Below, piece after piece: positions 39,639 to 50,027 of a DNA stretch of 64,000 nucleotides; position 1 is the stretch's first letter, and every line of letters begins with the position of its first letter. This DNA is from Promethearchaeia archaeon. Lineage in GTDB: Archaea; Asgardarchaeota; Lokiarchaeia; Sigyniarchaeales; SOKP01. Below the pieces are notes generated by a model, which saw only the letters and a list, made by a program, of their open reading frames with translations, did no database searches and was not told where the DNA came from. Location: the NCBI GenBank assembly GCA_029856105.1, contig JAHQWH010000193.1, positions 1-64,000 of the forward strand, given 5' to 3'. The translations under genes and the position numbers were made by a program.

Positions 39639-41156
39639 TTGTCAGAATTGTTTCAAAAATTAGAAAATATAGTTAAGGAGAAATATATCTCGAACAGTCT
39701 TTATGTAAGACACGCATATTCGAGGAATGTAGATCCCGTATTGCAAGGTGTCCCTGACATCGTAATTAGACCGAAAGATGCAAAAGAAATTTCTGAGATT
39801 TTGAAAGTTGCAAACGAGGATAATGTCCCCGTTACTCCCCGTGGCGGCGGTGATTGTGAATTTGGCGGTAGTAAACCAATAGGAGATGGCGGCATTGTCT
39901 TGGATTTAAAACGTATGAATAATATAGTTAATTTAGATCAAGAAAATCTTATCGTAACCGTTGAGGCTGGAATCTCTTGGGCAAAGTTAAACGAATACTT
40001 GTGTCATTTTGGATTATACACTGGATGTTTAGGTCCAGGCTCCGGGTTAACTGCATCAGTGGGAGGAGGCATTTCACATCAATCAGTAGGAGGTGGGGGG
40101 TGTGCGAAATACGGTTCGTGCACAAATCAATTAGTTTCTTTAGAAGTAGTTTTACCAACAGGCGAAATTATTGAAACTGGATCTCAAGCAAATAAGTTTT
40201 CAAAGTTTCCGTTTAATAGATTTGGGAATGGGCCAGACTTAGCAAGTCTTTTTTGTGGTGATAATGGCATTTTAGGTGTAAAAACAAAAGCTTCGCTACA
40301 AATATTTCCAAAACCTCCATTTGCGGATTATAAAACATTTCTCATGCCACGAAAATCTGAAGAAGTATCAGCAAAAATTTTTACAGAATTTAGGCGTAAA
40401 GGGATTGATGTTTACGATTCGATGTATTTTATGGATTTATTAGTAAGAGTAGGCACAGAAAAAGGAATTTTTCCTTTATGGGAAAACTTAAAGAGAAAAA
40501 GGGGTACAATGTTTTACACCGTAGAAGCTAACTCGGAAAAAGAACTTGAAGAGAAAGTTAAACAGTTAGATAAGATTTTTCTACAAAATAAAGCAGAAGA
40601 ATTAGGTCCAGAAATTGCAGACGGGAACATAGGGAAATGGCACTACGAAGAGCAAGGACATTGGTTAATTGCACATAATTTATGGGGGTTAGTCCCTGGC
40701 TTTACAGCATTAGACGCAGAATGTCACACGCCAATAACCGCTTATCCCGGAATTTTAAAAGATGTAGAACTTTGGGATTTTGAACATTCTAATGAAATGG
40801 AACAAATTTTAGATGTTTCAGGAATGCGACCAATTTCTGGAGCGGGTCCAATTATACTAATTGGAGATCACAACGTTGAGCTAACAACCGGATTTACAAG
40901 CTTCGAAAGCTATATTGATGGAAAAAATTATGAATTTCTTAAAGAATTAAACATCAAACTTTGGAAATCGCTACTCGAAAGAATAACTAAACACGGAGTA
41001 ACATGGTACATGGTAGGGGATATTCTCAGTAGACTTTTGGTAGAAATTGGAGCGTTTCAGCCAGAATATTTTAAATTTATGAAATCAATAAAAAAAATGC
41101 TTGACCCTGAATTCATTTTAAGCAGAGGAAAATTTAATTTTTGGGGAGAAAAATAA
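39639..41156 (+). CDS. FAD-binding oxidoreductase (GlcD-like), copy A
   Basis: PDIVIRP, TPRGGG, DLKRMN, VEAG, GDNGILGV and LDP. Confidence 0.9.
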   Translation: MSELFQKLENIVKEKYISNSLYVRHAYSRNVDPVLQGVPDIVIRPKDAKEISEILKVANEDNVPVTPRGGGDCEFGGSKPIGDGGIVLDLKRMNNIVNLDQENLIVTVEAGISWAKLNEYLCHFGLYTGCLGPGSGLTASVGGGISHQSVGGGGCAKYGSCTNQLVSLEVVLPTGEIIETGSQANKFSKFPFNRFGNGPDLASLFCGDNGILGVKTKASLQIFPKPPFADYKTFLMPRKSEEVSAKIFTEFRRKGIDVYDSMYFMDLLVRVGTEKGIFPLWENLKRKRGTMFYTVEANSEKELEEKVKQLDKIFLQNKAEELGPEIADGNIGKWHYEEQGHWLIAHNLWGLVPGFTALDAECHTPITAYPGILKDVELWDFEHSNEMEQILDVSGMRPISGAGPIILIGDHNVELTTGFTSFESYIDGKNYEFLKELNIKLWKSLLERITKHGVTWYMVGDILSRLLVEIGAFQPEYFKFMKSIKKMLDPEFILSRGKFNFWGEK

Positions 41157-41189
41157 AAAGCAAATGTCATTAGAAAAAGGAGCAAAAAA

Positions 41190-41504
41190 ATGTTTAGTAA
41201 AAGGACTTATCTTGAAAATAACGTTGGGAATATAGTTAAAGTAAAAGGTAGAATTTCTAAAGTAATCTGGCAACATATGACAGCTCTTATTAATTCTCAT
41301 CCACACATGAATTATTTCGACTTAGCTGATAGTTATCAAATTATAGTTTATACTAAGGACCAGATTTCTTGTGAAGGTCAGATCGAAATAACTGGGAAAG
41401 TAACGATGCTAGAGAGTGATTACAATAATCCTGAAGCCAAAATTAGCGATAAATTTGCTGAATATCATATAATTGCAGATTCTTGGAAATGTATTGAAGA
41501 ATGA
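41190..41504 (+). CDS. Small hypothetical protein, possible OB-fold
   Basis: VGNIVKVKGRI...IEITGKV beta pattern; GGAG SD upstream. Confidence 0.55.
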   Translation: MFSKRTYLENNVGNIVKVKGRISKVIWQHMTALINSHPHMNYFDLADSYQIIVYTKDQISCEGQIEITGKVTMLESDYNNPEAKISDKFAEYHIIADSWKCIEE

Positions 41505-41634
41505 TTAAAAAATGAGAAAGTTTGAAAATAAATAAATCAAAAATTTTAATTTGATTAGAATTAGAAAACATTTAAGTAATTTATAGAGTCTATTATAAAT
41601 TGTTTTTATTAAATTGTTAAGAGGTTTAAGAAAA

Positions 41635-43149
41635 TTGTCTGAAGTATATAAAAAATTAGAAAATATCGTTAAAGAGAAATTCATCTCTAATAGTATTTAT
41701 GTCCGGCACGCGTATTCAAGAAATGTAGATCCCGTTTTACAAGGCGTACCTGATATAGTAATTAGACCGAAAGATGCTCAAGAGATTGCAGAAATTCTTA
41801 AAATTGCAAACATTGAAAATATCCCCGTTACACCTCGTGGAGGCGGGGATTGTGAATTCGGTGGAAGCAAACCCATAGGGGATGGTGGAATTGTATTAGA
41901 TATGAAAAGAATGAACGAGGTTATCAATTTAGACCAAGAAAATCTTATTGTAACCGTTGAAGCCGGAATTTCTTGGGGAAAATTAAACGAATACTTGTGT
42001 CATTATGGACTTTATACGGGTTGTATGGGACCGGGTTCCGGAATGACTGCGGCGATAGGAGGAGGAATATCTCATCATTCAGTAGGTGGAGGGGGGTGTG
42101 CGAAATATGGAGCCTGTACTAATCAATTGGTTTCATTGGAAGTAGTCCTTCCGACGGGTGATATCATAGAAACGGGCTCTCAAGCTAATAAGTACTCCAA
42201 ATTCCCATTCAATCGATTTGGTAATGGTCCTGATTTAGCGGGACTTTTCTGTGGTGACAATGGAATTTTTGGCGTGAAAACTAAAGTTTCGTTACAAATA
42301 TTTCCAAGACCACCATTCGCAGCATATAAAACATTTCAATTACCTCGAAAAGAGAGGGAAGTTTCGGCAAAAATAATGACTGACATTAGGCAAAAGGGAA
42401 TTGATGTTTACGATGTTATGTATATAATGGATCTTATTGTTAGAATAGGTTGTGAGCAAGGAATGTTTCCTTTTTGGGAAAACTTGAAAAAAAAGAGAGG
42501 TATAATCTTTTATACGATCGAAGCAAATTCGGAAAAAGAATTAGAGGAGAAAATAAAACAATTAGACGAAATTATGCTAAATAATAAGACAGAAAAATTA
42601 GATCCAGAAATTTCTGACGGGAACATGGCTAAATGGCATTATACTGAACAAGGTCATTGGCAATTCTATCATAACTTATGGGGCATGTCTCCCTGCATGG
42701 AACCATTAACAGCAGAATGTTTTAGCTCGATCAATTCATATCCTCCAATTTTAAACGACATTGACCAATGGGATATGGAACATAACGAAGATATGCAAAA
42801 AATTTTAAATATAACAAAAAGTCGTCCGATTGCAGGGAGTGGACCAATATTATTAATTGATGGAAATAACGTAGAAATAACATGTGGTTTTACTAGCTTT
42901 GGAAGTTATTTCGATGGAGAAATTCATGAAATTCTTAAGGAACTAGATTTAAAGCTCTGGAAATCGCTATTAGAAAGAGTGACAAAAAGCGGGGTTCAGT
43001 GGTATATGATGGGAGATTTTATGTCTCGTTTGATGGTCGATATTGGAGCTTATACGCCAGAGTATTATAATTTTATGAAATCAATAAAAAAAGTTCTTGA
43101 CCCTAAATCAATACTAAGTAGAGGAAAATTTAATTTTTGGGGGGATTGA
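41635..43149 (+). CDS. FAD-binding oxidoreductase (GlcD-like), copy B
   Basis: Highly similar to copy A over its full length. TTG start at 41635 chosen by alignment with copy A. Confidence 0.9.
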   Translation: MSEVYKKLENIVKEKFISNSIYVRHAYSRNVDPVLQGVPDIVIRPKDAQEIAEILKIANIENIPVTPRGGGDCEFGGSKPIGDGGIVLDMKRMNEVINLDQENLIVTVEAGISWGKLNEYLCHYGLYTGCMGPGSGMTAAIGGGISHHSVGGGGCAKYGACTNQLVSLEVVLPTGDIIETGSQANKYSKFPFNRFGNGPDLAGLFCGDNGIFGVKTKVSLQIFPRPPFAAYKTFQLPRKEREVSAKIMTDIRQKGIDVYDVMYIMDLIVRIGCEQGMFPFWENLKKKRGIIFYTIEANSEKELEEKIKQLDEIMLNNKTEKLDPEISDGNMAKWHYTEQGHWQFYHNLWGMSPCMEPLTAECFSSINSYPPILNDIDQWDMEHNEDMQKILNITKSRPIAGSGPILLIDGNNVEITCGFTSFGSYFDGEIHEILKELDLKLWKSLLERVTKSGVQWYMMGDFMSRLMVDIGAYTPEYYNFMKSIKKVLDPKSILSRGKFNFWGD

Positions 43150-43153
43150 AAAA

Positions 43154-44386
43154 ATGAGTGAGTTAAAACATTTAAAGAATGAATGGAAAGCCATATTCAG
43201 CTGTATGGGGTGCGGAGACTGTGGGTATGCCATAAGACCCGCAGTTGATAGATATTTAACTTGTCCGGTTTTAGAAGCTAAAGGAGAAGGAGGTTTTGAA
43301 ATTTATTTTGCTCGAGGAAGAATGAACGTTCTTAAAAGCATATTAGAAGGACAGATTCCTCTTTCCAGAGAGCTCGCAGAATTCGTTTACGAGTGTATGG
43401 AATGCGGAAATTGCACAGAAGTGTGTCATATGTCTCAAAACGAGTATATCGTTCTTAATACATCTAAATGGATCGACCATGTAAAAGTATGGGAAGCGTT
43501 ACGAAAAGATCTAATAGAAGCTGGATTCGCTCCCCTTGATAGACACGGTAAATTAATTGATTACATGAACGACGAAGGTATGAGAAATCCTTACGGCGAA
43601 GAAGAAGCAAAAAAATTCGAGTGGACAACCGAATTTCCGGAAATCAAGGATAAAGGAGATTTAGTGTTTTTTGGAGGGTGCACGATGCCTTTAAGACAAG
43701 TAGATGCATTGAAAAGTATGATGAAAATTTTAAAAGCTGCTGGAAAAGTTATCGCAATGTCTAAAAATGAGTGGTGCTGTGGTTCGGTTGCCTTAAGAAT
43801 CGGCGACGAAAAAGCTTTAACAGATATAATTAGGCATAACATAGAAGTTTTTAAGAATATGGGCGCTAAAACAGTCTTTACAGCGTGTGCAGGATGTTAT
43901 CGAACTTGGAAAAAGGATTATCCTGAATTGCTCGGTGAGGAATTACCGTTTGAAATAAAGCATATTACGGAAATTTTAGTTGAGATGTTAAATAATGACG
44001 AAATACCATTTAAATCCGTAGAAGGTTCGGAAATGATAACTTGGCACGATCCTTGCCATTTAGGCCGTCACATGGATCTTTACGAAATACCTAGAGAAGT
44101 ACTATCGAAAATTCCGGGAATTGAACTAGTAGAAATGAAAAGAAACCGTAAGAATGCCTGGTGTTGTGGAGCTGGAGGAGGCGTAAAAAGTCAATTTCCC
44201 GAATTAGCTCTTGACATCTCAAAAGAGAGAATTCAAGAAGCCATAGATACGGGCGCAAATATCTTAACTACGAGTTGTCCATTCTGTATTGGCAATTTTA
44301 GAGACGCTTATAAGGAAATGGAAACGGAAGTTCGAGAAAAAATTCAAGTTATTGATATAATTGATTTGATCGCAAATAAAATTTAA
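43154..44386 (+). CDS. Fe-S oxidoreductase, HdrD/GlcF-like (CCG domains)
   Basis: CMGCGDC, CMECGNCTEVC, WCCG, CAGCY, HDPCH, CCGAGGG and SCPFC. Confidence 0.92.
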   Translation: MSELKHLKNEWKAIFSCMGCGDCGYAIRPAVDRYLTCPVLEAKGEGGFEIYFARGRMNVLKSILEGQIPLSRELAEFVYECMECGNCTEVCHMSQNEYIVLNTSKWIDHVKVWEALRKDLIEAGFAPLDRHGKLIDYMNDEGMRNPYGEEEAKKFEWTTEFPEIKDKGDLVFFGGCTMPLRQVDALKSMMKILKAAGKVIAMSKNEWCCGSVALRIGDEKALTDIIRHNIEVFKNMGAKTVFTACAGCYRTWKKDYPELLGEELPFEIKHITEILVEMLNNDEIPFKSVEGSEMITWHDPCHLGRHMDLYEIPREVLSKIPGIELVEMKRNRKNAWCCGAGGGVKSQFPELALDISKERIQEAIDTGANILTTSCPFCIGNFRDAYKEMETEVREKIQVIDIIDLIANKI

Positions 44387-44462
44387 AATATTAAATTTTT
44401 TTCTATTTCTACTTTTTATTAAGTATGGAAATATTCAAAAATGACCAAATTTTTTCCTTATT

Positions 44463-45140
44463 ATGGGGAATTTGGATATTTATCTACAACCTACTAAATT
44501 TTTTGATTTTAACAAGAAATTTGTTCGGGATAAAGCTTTTAAAATTACAGAAGGGTTAGAAACTGAAAAAGAAAAAGCAATTGCTCTTTTCTATTGGGTA
44601 AGAGATGAAATTAAATATAACATGCACACATATATTCCGTCAATAAAGGCAAATTTTAAAGCAAGCGTAACTCTACGACGAAAAAATGGTTTTTGCGTCT
44701 CAAAATCCGTACTATTATCTTCCTTTGCGAGGGCTATTGGAATTCCCGCGAGTATTCATTTAGTAGACTTGATAAATCATAAGATCTCTCAAAAAATTAT
44801 AGATTTTATGGGAACTAATGTCATGCATTATCATGGCTATAGCGAGCTTTATCTGAATAATAAATGGGTAAAATTAACGCCTTCATTTGACCCGAAAACA
44901 GCAATAAAGGGTGGTTTTATTCCTATGGTTGAATTCGATGGCGAAAACGACGCTGTTTTTGCTGTATACGATAATGAAGGTAAGCTATTTGGAGAATACA
45001 CCATGGATAGAGGGATACACGCAGATTTACCGCTTGAGGAAATTGAACGAGTATTTGAAGAAAAATATCCCATATTTTCTGAATATAAAAAAGGACTCCC
45101 TATTCTACCCGTAAAAGATAAAACTTTAACATATAAATAA
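44463..45140 (+). CDS. Transglutaminase-like domain protein
   Basis: VRDEIKY, GFCVSKS (catalytic Cys), RAIGIPA and HGYSE...W. Confidence 0.88.
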   Translation: MGNLDIYLQPTKFFDFNKKFVRDKAFKITEGLETEKEKAIALFYWVRDEIKYNMHTYIPSIKANFKASVTLRRKNGFCVSKSVLLSSFARAIGIPASIHLVDLINHKISQKIIDFMGTNVMHYHGYSELYLNNKWVKLTPSFDPKTAIKGGFIPMVEFDGENDAVFAVYDNEGKLFGEYTMDRGIHADLPLEEIERVFEEKYPIFSEYKKGLPILPVKDKTLTYK

Positions 45141-45149
45141 AATAGAAAT

Positions 45150-46076
45150 TTAACTAAAATAGCTTTCTTTTAAACCTAATTCTCGTAAATATATTTTAAA
45201 TTTACCTAATTTTCCCTCATAGTTTCCGGCAGAAATCTTAAGCAAGCCATCCATGTCTAAAATTCCTTCTATTACTTTTGCCATTGTTAACTCAACGGTT
45301 TCAAGATCAAGGGCGTTGAAAATTATTTCAGGAATAGATAAAGCTCCTTCAGGAACCTCAAATTCTTCTGGGGATAATTTATCTTTCAACGTTGGGCAGA
45401 AAGGATGATTTGTAGGTGGTCCAATCTCAGGAAATTTAGCATCTGCTGGAACTGGTTTAGATCCTGCTGAACATATGTCAAAAGTGGTGCATACATTGTT
45501 TAATCCTGCGATAATTCTTACGGCTTCTCGCCCTACCTTGATACCCGAATCGACAGAATCGCAAAATAACCATAAATTTCCCCCCATTATTCCTTTCGCA
45601 TAAGATATTTCTTCTTCAATTAAAAAATCGAAACCCATCATAATCGGAACTGAAATTAGCTTTCGATCGAATTTTTCAACTATTTCTTCGTATCCATCTC
45701 CGCAATGTCCCACATTATCCATCATATTAAATTTAGTATCAATTTTTTTAGGATAATAATCAAAAACGGCCGTGGTTGGAACTACAAGAATACCTTGTCT
45801 CATTCTCCTTCCTAATTGTTCGTAGAATTTAGCTTGAGCTTTTTTTCCCGTACCAGTGACCCACAATTGAACGATTGCCCCTAATCTTCCATCAATTGTC
45901 TCTTTTTCAGAAAGCCACCTTACGATCCCCCCTTCAGCATCTCCAAAAACCGTAGAAGGTAACGCAGTGAAGGCATTTACGGCTCTATTTAGGAATTCAG
46001 CATCTTGAGCAGTCACCATTAACTGAATAACAAGGCCTTCAAAAGCTTCACAATAAGTATTATCAATAATCGTCAT
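45150..46076 (-). CDS. ftr: Formylmethanofuran:tetrahydromethanopterin formyltransferase
   Basis: IDNTYCEAF, EGG...ETIDGRLG, GDG, GGN, SAGSK, TNHPFCPTL and ISAGNYEGKLG. Confidence 0.9.
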   Translation of the reverse strand: MTIIDNTYCEAFEGLVIQLMVTAQDAEFLNRAVNAFTALPSTVFGDAEGGIVRWLSEKETIDGRLGAIVQLWVTGTGKKAQAKFYEQLGRRMRQGILVVPTTAVFDYYPKKIDTKFNMMDNVGHCGDGYEEIVEKFDRKLISVPIMMGFDFLIEEEISYAKGIMGGNLWLFCDSVDSGIKVGREAVRIIAGLNNVCTTFDICSAGSKPVPADAKFPEIGPPTNHPFCPTLKDKLSPEEFEVPEGALSIPEIIFNALDLETVELTMAKVIEGILDMDGLLKISAGNYEGKLGKFKIYLRELGLKESYFS

Positions 46077-46215
46077 TTTATAAATTCACTATTTAAATTC
46101 TCATAATTCTAAGATAATATCAAAATGTTTTGATTAGATAAAAATTTAAAATCAAATGCTTATTAACTAGTAATTAATATTAAGTATAATTTTAATATGA
46201 AAAAATATACTGTGA

Positions 46216-47148
46216 ATGAATATTATGCCAGTTGGAATATATCTCTATGAAATTGACGAATCATTTGGACCAAATGTATTAGCAGAATATTATTTGGCTC
46301 AAGAAAATAAAATTGATCTAGAAATTTTAAAAGAATTCGAAGAACAACACATCCAAAAAGAATTTTTGGATACAATATGTTGGAGAGAAGATTTAAGGTT
46401 TTACTCATCAAAGATAAGTGCAGAATCTATTGAAAGAGACAATCTCTTTTTAGGTTTCGTCTTTAAAAAAGACGAGGACTTAGTTTCTTTGAAGAGTATA
46501 CTCGATAACATCGCTGCTAAAGTTGTTGAAGAATTTTCAAAGGAGAAAGGAAAATTAGAAGCGTTGCTTAAAAAAGAATTTGATTCCATTTTCACTTTAA
46601 TGGAAAAATTAAAAGAACCGACTCTGATTAAAGAAACCATCAATGATAAAACTAAAAAAATGCTTGACAACGGAAAGTTGCAAGAAGCTAGAGAATTAAT
46701 CAATTTAGGTGAAGACATTCCTGAGAAGTTGTCAGAGGAGATCAAACTTGCTGAGCAATTATTAATTGATAAATTTTATAAAAAGGCTAGGAAAAGCTTT
46801 CTTAAAGCTGCTGAATTAGCCAATATCATCCAAGAAAACGATGTTGTCTTGTTTTTGACAAGCAAAGCTGACCAAGTAGTAAAATTTCCCGAATTAATTA
46901 AAGATCGCGAAAAGATACATGGAGATATGGAAAAAAAAATTGAGGAGTTCCAACAAAATAAGCTTCATCTATATCACGAGTTAATCAGACCTGTAGATGC
47001 TTTAATAAATATTTCAAATTCGTTTGAGAATCACGAATTAACAATGAGTTTAACTGAATTGTTAAAGAATTTCAAGAGAGCAGACCAACTAGCAAAGGAA
47101 TTATTTAATTTAGATACAAAAATTAAAGAAAATTTCGAAAAACTTTAA
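46216..47148 (+). CDS. Longin/uDENN-like N-terminal domain plus helical (TPR-like) C-terminus
   Basis: GIYLYEIDESFGPNVL (hydrophobic strand-D-xxx-GP) and an all-helical C-half (YKKARKSFLKAAELA). Confidence 0.5.
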   Translation: MNIMPVGIYLYEIDESFGPNVLAEYYLAQENKIDLEILKEFEEQHIQKEFLDTICWREDLRFYSSKISAESIERDNLFLGFVFKKDEDLVSLKSILDNIAAKVVEEFSKEKGKLEALLKKEFDSIFTLMEKLKEPTLIKETINDKTKKMLDNGKLQEARELINLGEDIPEKLSEEIKLAEQLLIDKFYKKARKSFLKAAELANIIQENDVVLFLTSKADQVVKFPELIKDREKIHGDMEKKIEEFQQNKLHLYHELIRPVDALINISNSFENHELTMSLTELLKNFKRADQLAKELFNLDTKIKENFEKL

Positions 47149-47184
47149 TTATTTTTAAATTAAAAAAGAGATGTTTTAAGCTTT

Positions 47185-49014
47185 TTATAATTCAGTATCC
47201 TCTGAAGGTTCTTCAACTTGAGGAGGGACATATTCTCCAATATCGGTGAAAATTATCTTTGCAATATTCCATCCTTCTTTAGTTGGGGATTTTAACGCAT
47301 TTGCTATTAAATTTTCTCCTAACTCGTTGTTCAACTCTACTTTATGAATATCTTTATTGTTTTGCAAAATCATGTCAAATTTCGCACCGCCGCTACCCGT
47401 TGGCACGATTAGTATAGCTGAATCAATAGCTTTTTGATCAATTGCATCTTTCAATCTTTTAGCTGCGTAATAACCAGCAACCCCTGCACTTCTATCGAAA
47501 TTCTTGCAGGAAGGTATTTCTAAACCCCATTTTTTACCACCAGTTTCAATTAAAGCAGCTAAAGTTTGAGATTTCTTGCCAAGCATAAATTTATATTCCA
47601 TTTGAGTTTTAAATTTTTTTCCTTTTTGATCTCCTACGTTATCAATACATTTTAGTGCGGCACCCGCAACCGATTGAGGATTAACATCAATAGCATATTC
47701 CTCTTCCGCTAATATTTCTTCAATAGTCCTTTTAATAATTTCTCTAGGCTTCGAAAAATCTATTACTTCTTCCTCTTCTGTTTGCGGTTTTGCTGTTGCT
47801 ACCATATCTATGCCTGCCTCTAATAATTCTTCTACGCTCATTTCGTCAGTCACAATTTTCTCAATAAATCTCCTGCAAAGTTTGATTGAATTCCTTGGAT
47901 TTCCTTGAGTCTTTTCGTAAATCATCTCAATTAATTTTTCGTTTAATGGAAATAACGGGTATAATGGAGGATTTAAATTATTATCTTCCCAAAAGACTTC
48001 CATAGACTTACTAAAGTAAATTTTTAAATCGTTCAAACTAAAAGGTTTTAACTCTTGTTCAGGTTCCATCCTTGAGCGTAGTGGTTGATCTGCGATCTCT
48101 AAAATACGTGGCCAGATTTCTTTTAAAACAGCAACAACGATAACCAAACTTTTAACTTCATTATATAATCGTTTTAATATTTCAAGCAATTTTTGTTCTG
48201 CAAGTTCGCCATGCATCCTATAAGGAGACTCTAACTCGTCAAAATAAAGAATAAGCACTCTATCTAAATTTTCAGTAATAATTTTAATCATGGCAAGGCA
48301 TACATCGTCCTCTTCCACAACTGAATTAATTCCAAGTTCACTCAATTCTTCGTCTTGTAAGTCTTCACCGAGAAGCCATCTTTCAGCAAGACCTCTTTTA
48401 TTTTTATCTAATTGATAAGTTACAAGGGCCTTAACACAATCAGCAAATACTCCAGGGAATTCTCTTATGCCTATTTGAATAACTTCATCGATTTTAGGTT
48501 TCTGAAACAATCCCCCCTTTTTACCTCCCCATTTTTCTCTAACTAGTTTTTTTGAGACGATATCGAGAATTTCTGGTCCACATTCTTCAATAATGCAAGT
48601 ATATACGTGGAGTAAAACTCGAATTGCCGCAGGTGGGCTCGGTACATAAACTATTGTCCAATCAACTGGTTCCAGTTGACTCGCCTCTATTTCTTCTGCT
48701 TCAACAGTTTGTTCTATCTTTCTTTTATTTTCTCTCTCTTTGTCCTTAAATGAATGGTAGGCGTGAGTTTTTCCTGTGCCCGCTGAACCTAACAACGGTA
48801 ACATTCTACTTGATTTATCGCGCGATGTCTGGCGTACTAATCTATAAACTTCACGATCAATATAACTTCTTGGCCTACTTATATCAATTTTGTCGGGGAT
48901 ATCTCCTCGTGAGACAAAATTGCTGAATGGCAAGATCGGGGCTTCTCTTAGAACATCTAAATACATTTCTTTATCGTCGTCACTTAATTCTGAATAAATA
49001 AAAATCAACTCCAT
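47185..49014 (-). CDS. P-loop AAA+ ATPase (BrxD/DUF2791-like features)
   Basis: GSAGTGKT, ILYFDELE, RWLLGE, PLFPL and GNPR. Confidence 0.7.
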   Translation of the reverse strand: MELIFIYSELSDDDKEMYLDVLREAPILPFSNFVSRGDIPDKIDISRPRSYIDREVYRLVRQTSRDKSSRMLPLLGSAGTGKTHAYHSFKDKERENKRKIEQTVEAEEIEASQLEPVDWTIVYVPSPPAAIRVLLHVYTCIIEECGPEILDIVSKKLVREKWGGKKGGLFQKPKIDEVIQIGIREFPGVFADCVKALVTYQLDKNKRGLAERWLLGEDLQDEELSELGINSVVEEDDVCLAMIKIITENLDRVLILYFDELESPYRMHGELAEQKLLEILKRLYNEVKSLVIVVAVLKEIWPRILEIADQPLRSRMEPEQELKPFSLNDLKIYFSKSMEVFWEDNNLNPPLYPLFPLNEKLIEMIYEKTQGNPRNSIKLCRRFIEKIVTDEMSVEELLEAGIDMVATAKPQTEEEEVIDFSKPREIIKRTIEEILAEEEYAIDVNPQSVAGAALKCIDNVGDQKGKKFKTQMEYKFMLGKKSQTLAALIETGGKKWGLEIPSCKNFDRSAGVAGYYAAKRLKDAIDQKAIDSAILIVPTGSGGAKFDMILQNNKDIHKVELNNELGENLIANALKSPTKEGWNIAKIIFTDIGEYVPPQVEEPSEDTEL

Positions 49015-49191
49015 TTAATTACTTTAAATATTATGTATCAAATTTTTTGATTGGAATAACTTTATTAAACTAAACAATTTTTTCTAGAATAAAAGCTATT
49101 ATGTTTATAGCTTTAGTATTTATATTTAAATCTATATTTAAAAATTTAAGTGTAATTAATATCTACATATATTTTACTAGGATGTGATACT

Positions 49192-49860
49192 ATGCCGGGA
49201 AAAGACGATTACGAGGACGAAGAAGAAGATGAAGAAGATGAATACAATGACATTTTTAATATGATTAAAGGTTTTGGGGGTCCCAACAACCCTTTCAAAA
49301 ATTTAGACCCTGCCAAATTATTTAATTCAAAAGAATTTCAGAAAATGTTTAAAGAAATTTTTAAACAAATCTCAAAAAATTTACCAAAAGATTTACAAGG
49401 ACTCACACCAGAAGATTTTACAAAAGAATTAATGAAAAATAAATCTAAAGTTGGAGCTAAAGGGCCAATAATATATGGATTCAATATCGGGATCGGTCCA
49501 GACGGAAAACCTAGTATGGGTTCGTTCGGTAATATTGAAAAGGAACCCCTTACAGGCGAAACCAAAGTAAGAAAGACGAGAGAACCACTAGTGGAAGTGA
49601 ATGAAGAGGAAGACCAAATCATAGTTATTGCTGAAATGCCGGGAGTGAGAAAAGAAGATATTGAAATAAACGCTACAAACCGATCTCTAACTATTTCTAC
49701 CGAAAAAATTGTTTTAGGGAGGAAATATTACAAAGAGATAGAATTGCCAAACGCTATTAACTCTGATTACGCTAAGGCTCGCTATACCAATGGGATTCTT
49801 GAGATCAAGTTGAAAAAATTAAAAGGAAAAGAAAAAGGAACAAGTATTGAAATCGATTAA
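49192..49860 (+). CDS. hsp20: Archaeal small heat shock protein
   Basis: GPIIYGF.I.IGPDGKP, REPLVEV, AEMPGV.KEDI and NGILEI. Confidence 0.93.
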   Translation: MPGKDDYEDEEEDEEDEYNDIFNMIKGFGGPNNPFKNLDPAKLFNSKEFQKMFKEIFKQISKNLPKDLQGLTPEDFTKELMKNKSKVGAKGPIIYGFNIGIGPDGKPSMGSFGNIEKEPLTGETKVRKTREPLVEVNEEEDQIIVIAEMPGVRKEDIEINATNRSLTISTEKIVLGRKYYKEIELPNAINSDYAKARYTNGILEIKLKKLKGKEKGTSIEID

Positions 49861-49913
49861 GAAATTTTAAGAAATATCAATATTATTTCTATAAATCTAC
49901 AACTAAAACAAAA

Positions 49914-49937
49914 AGATCGTGAAACGCCAATTTCACG
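49914..49937. repeat. Palindromic element copy 2 (CGTGAAA-N6-TTTCACG)
   Basis: AGATCGTGAAACGCCAATTTCACG, between the convergent hsp20 and DHH genes. Confidence 0.65.
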
Positions 49938-50027
49938 CCCTTGAATATATCAAATAGTGCTATTCTAATTCATACATAAATATTATATTCAAATCAAAAA
50001 ATACTTTAAATTAAAGAAATAGATTCA

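Noticed and set aside
47185-49014. BREX defence island
   Set aside because: No pglZ, pglX, brxC, methylase or nuclease neighbours.
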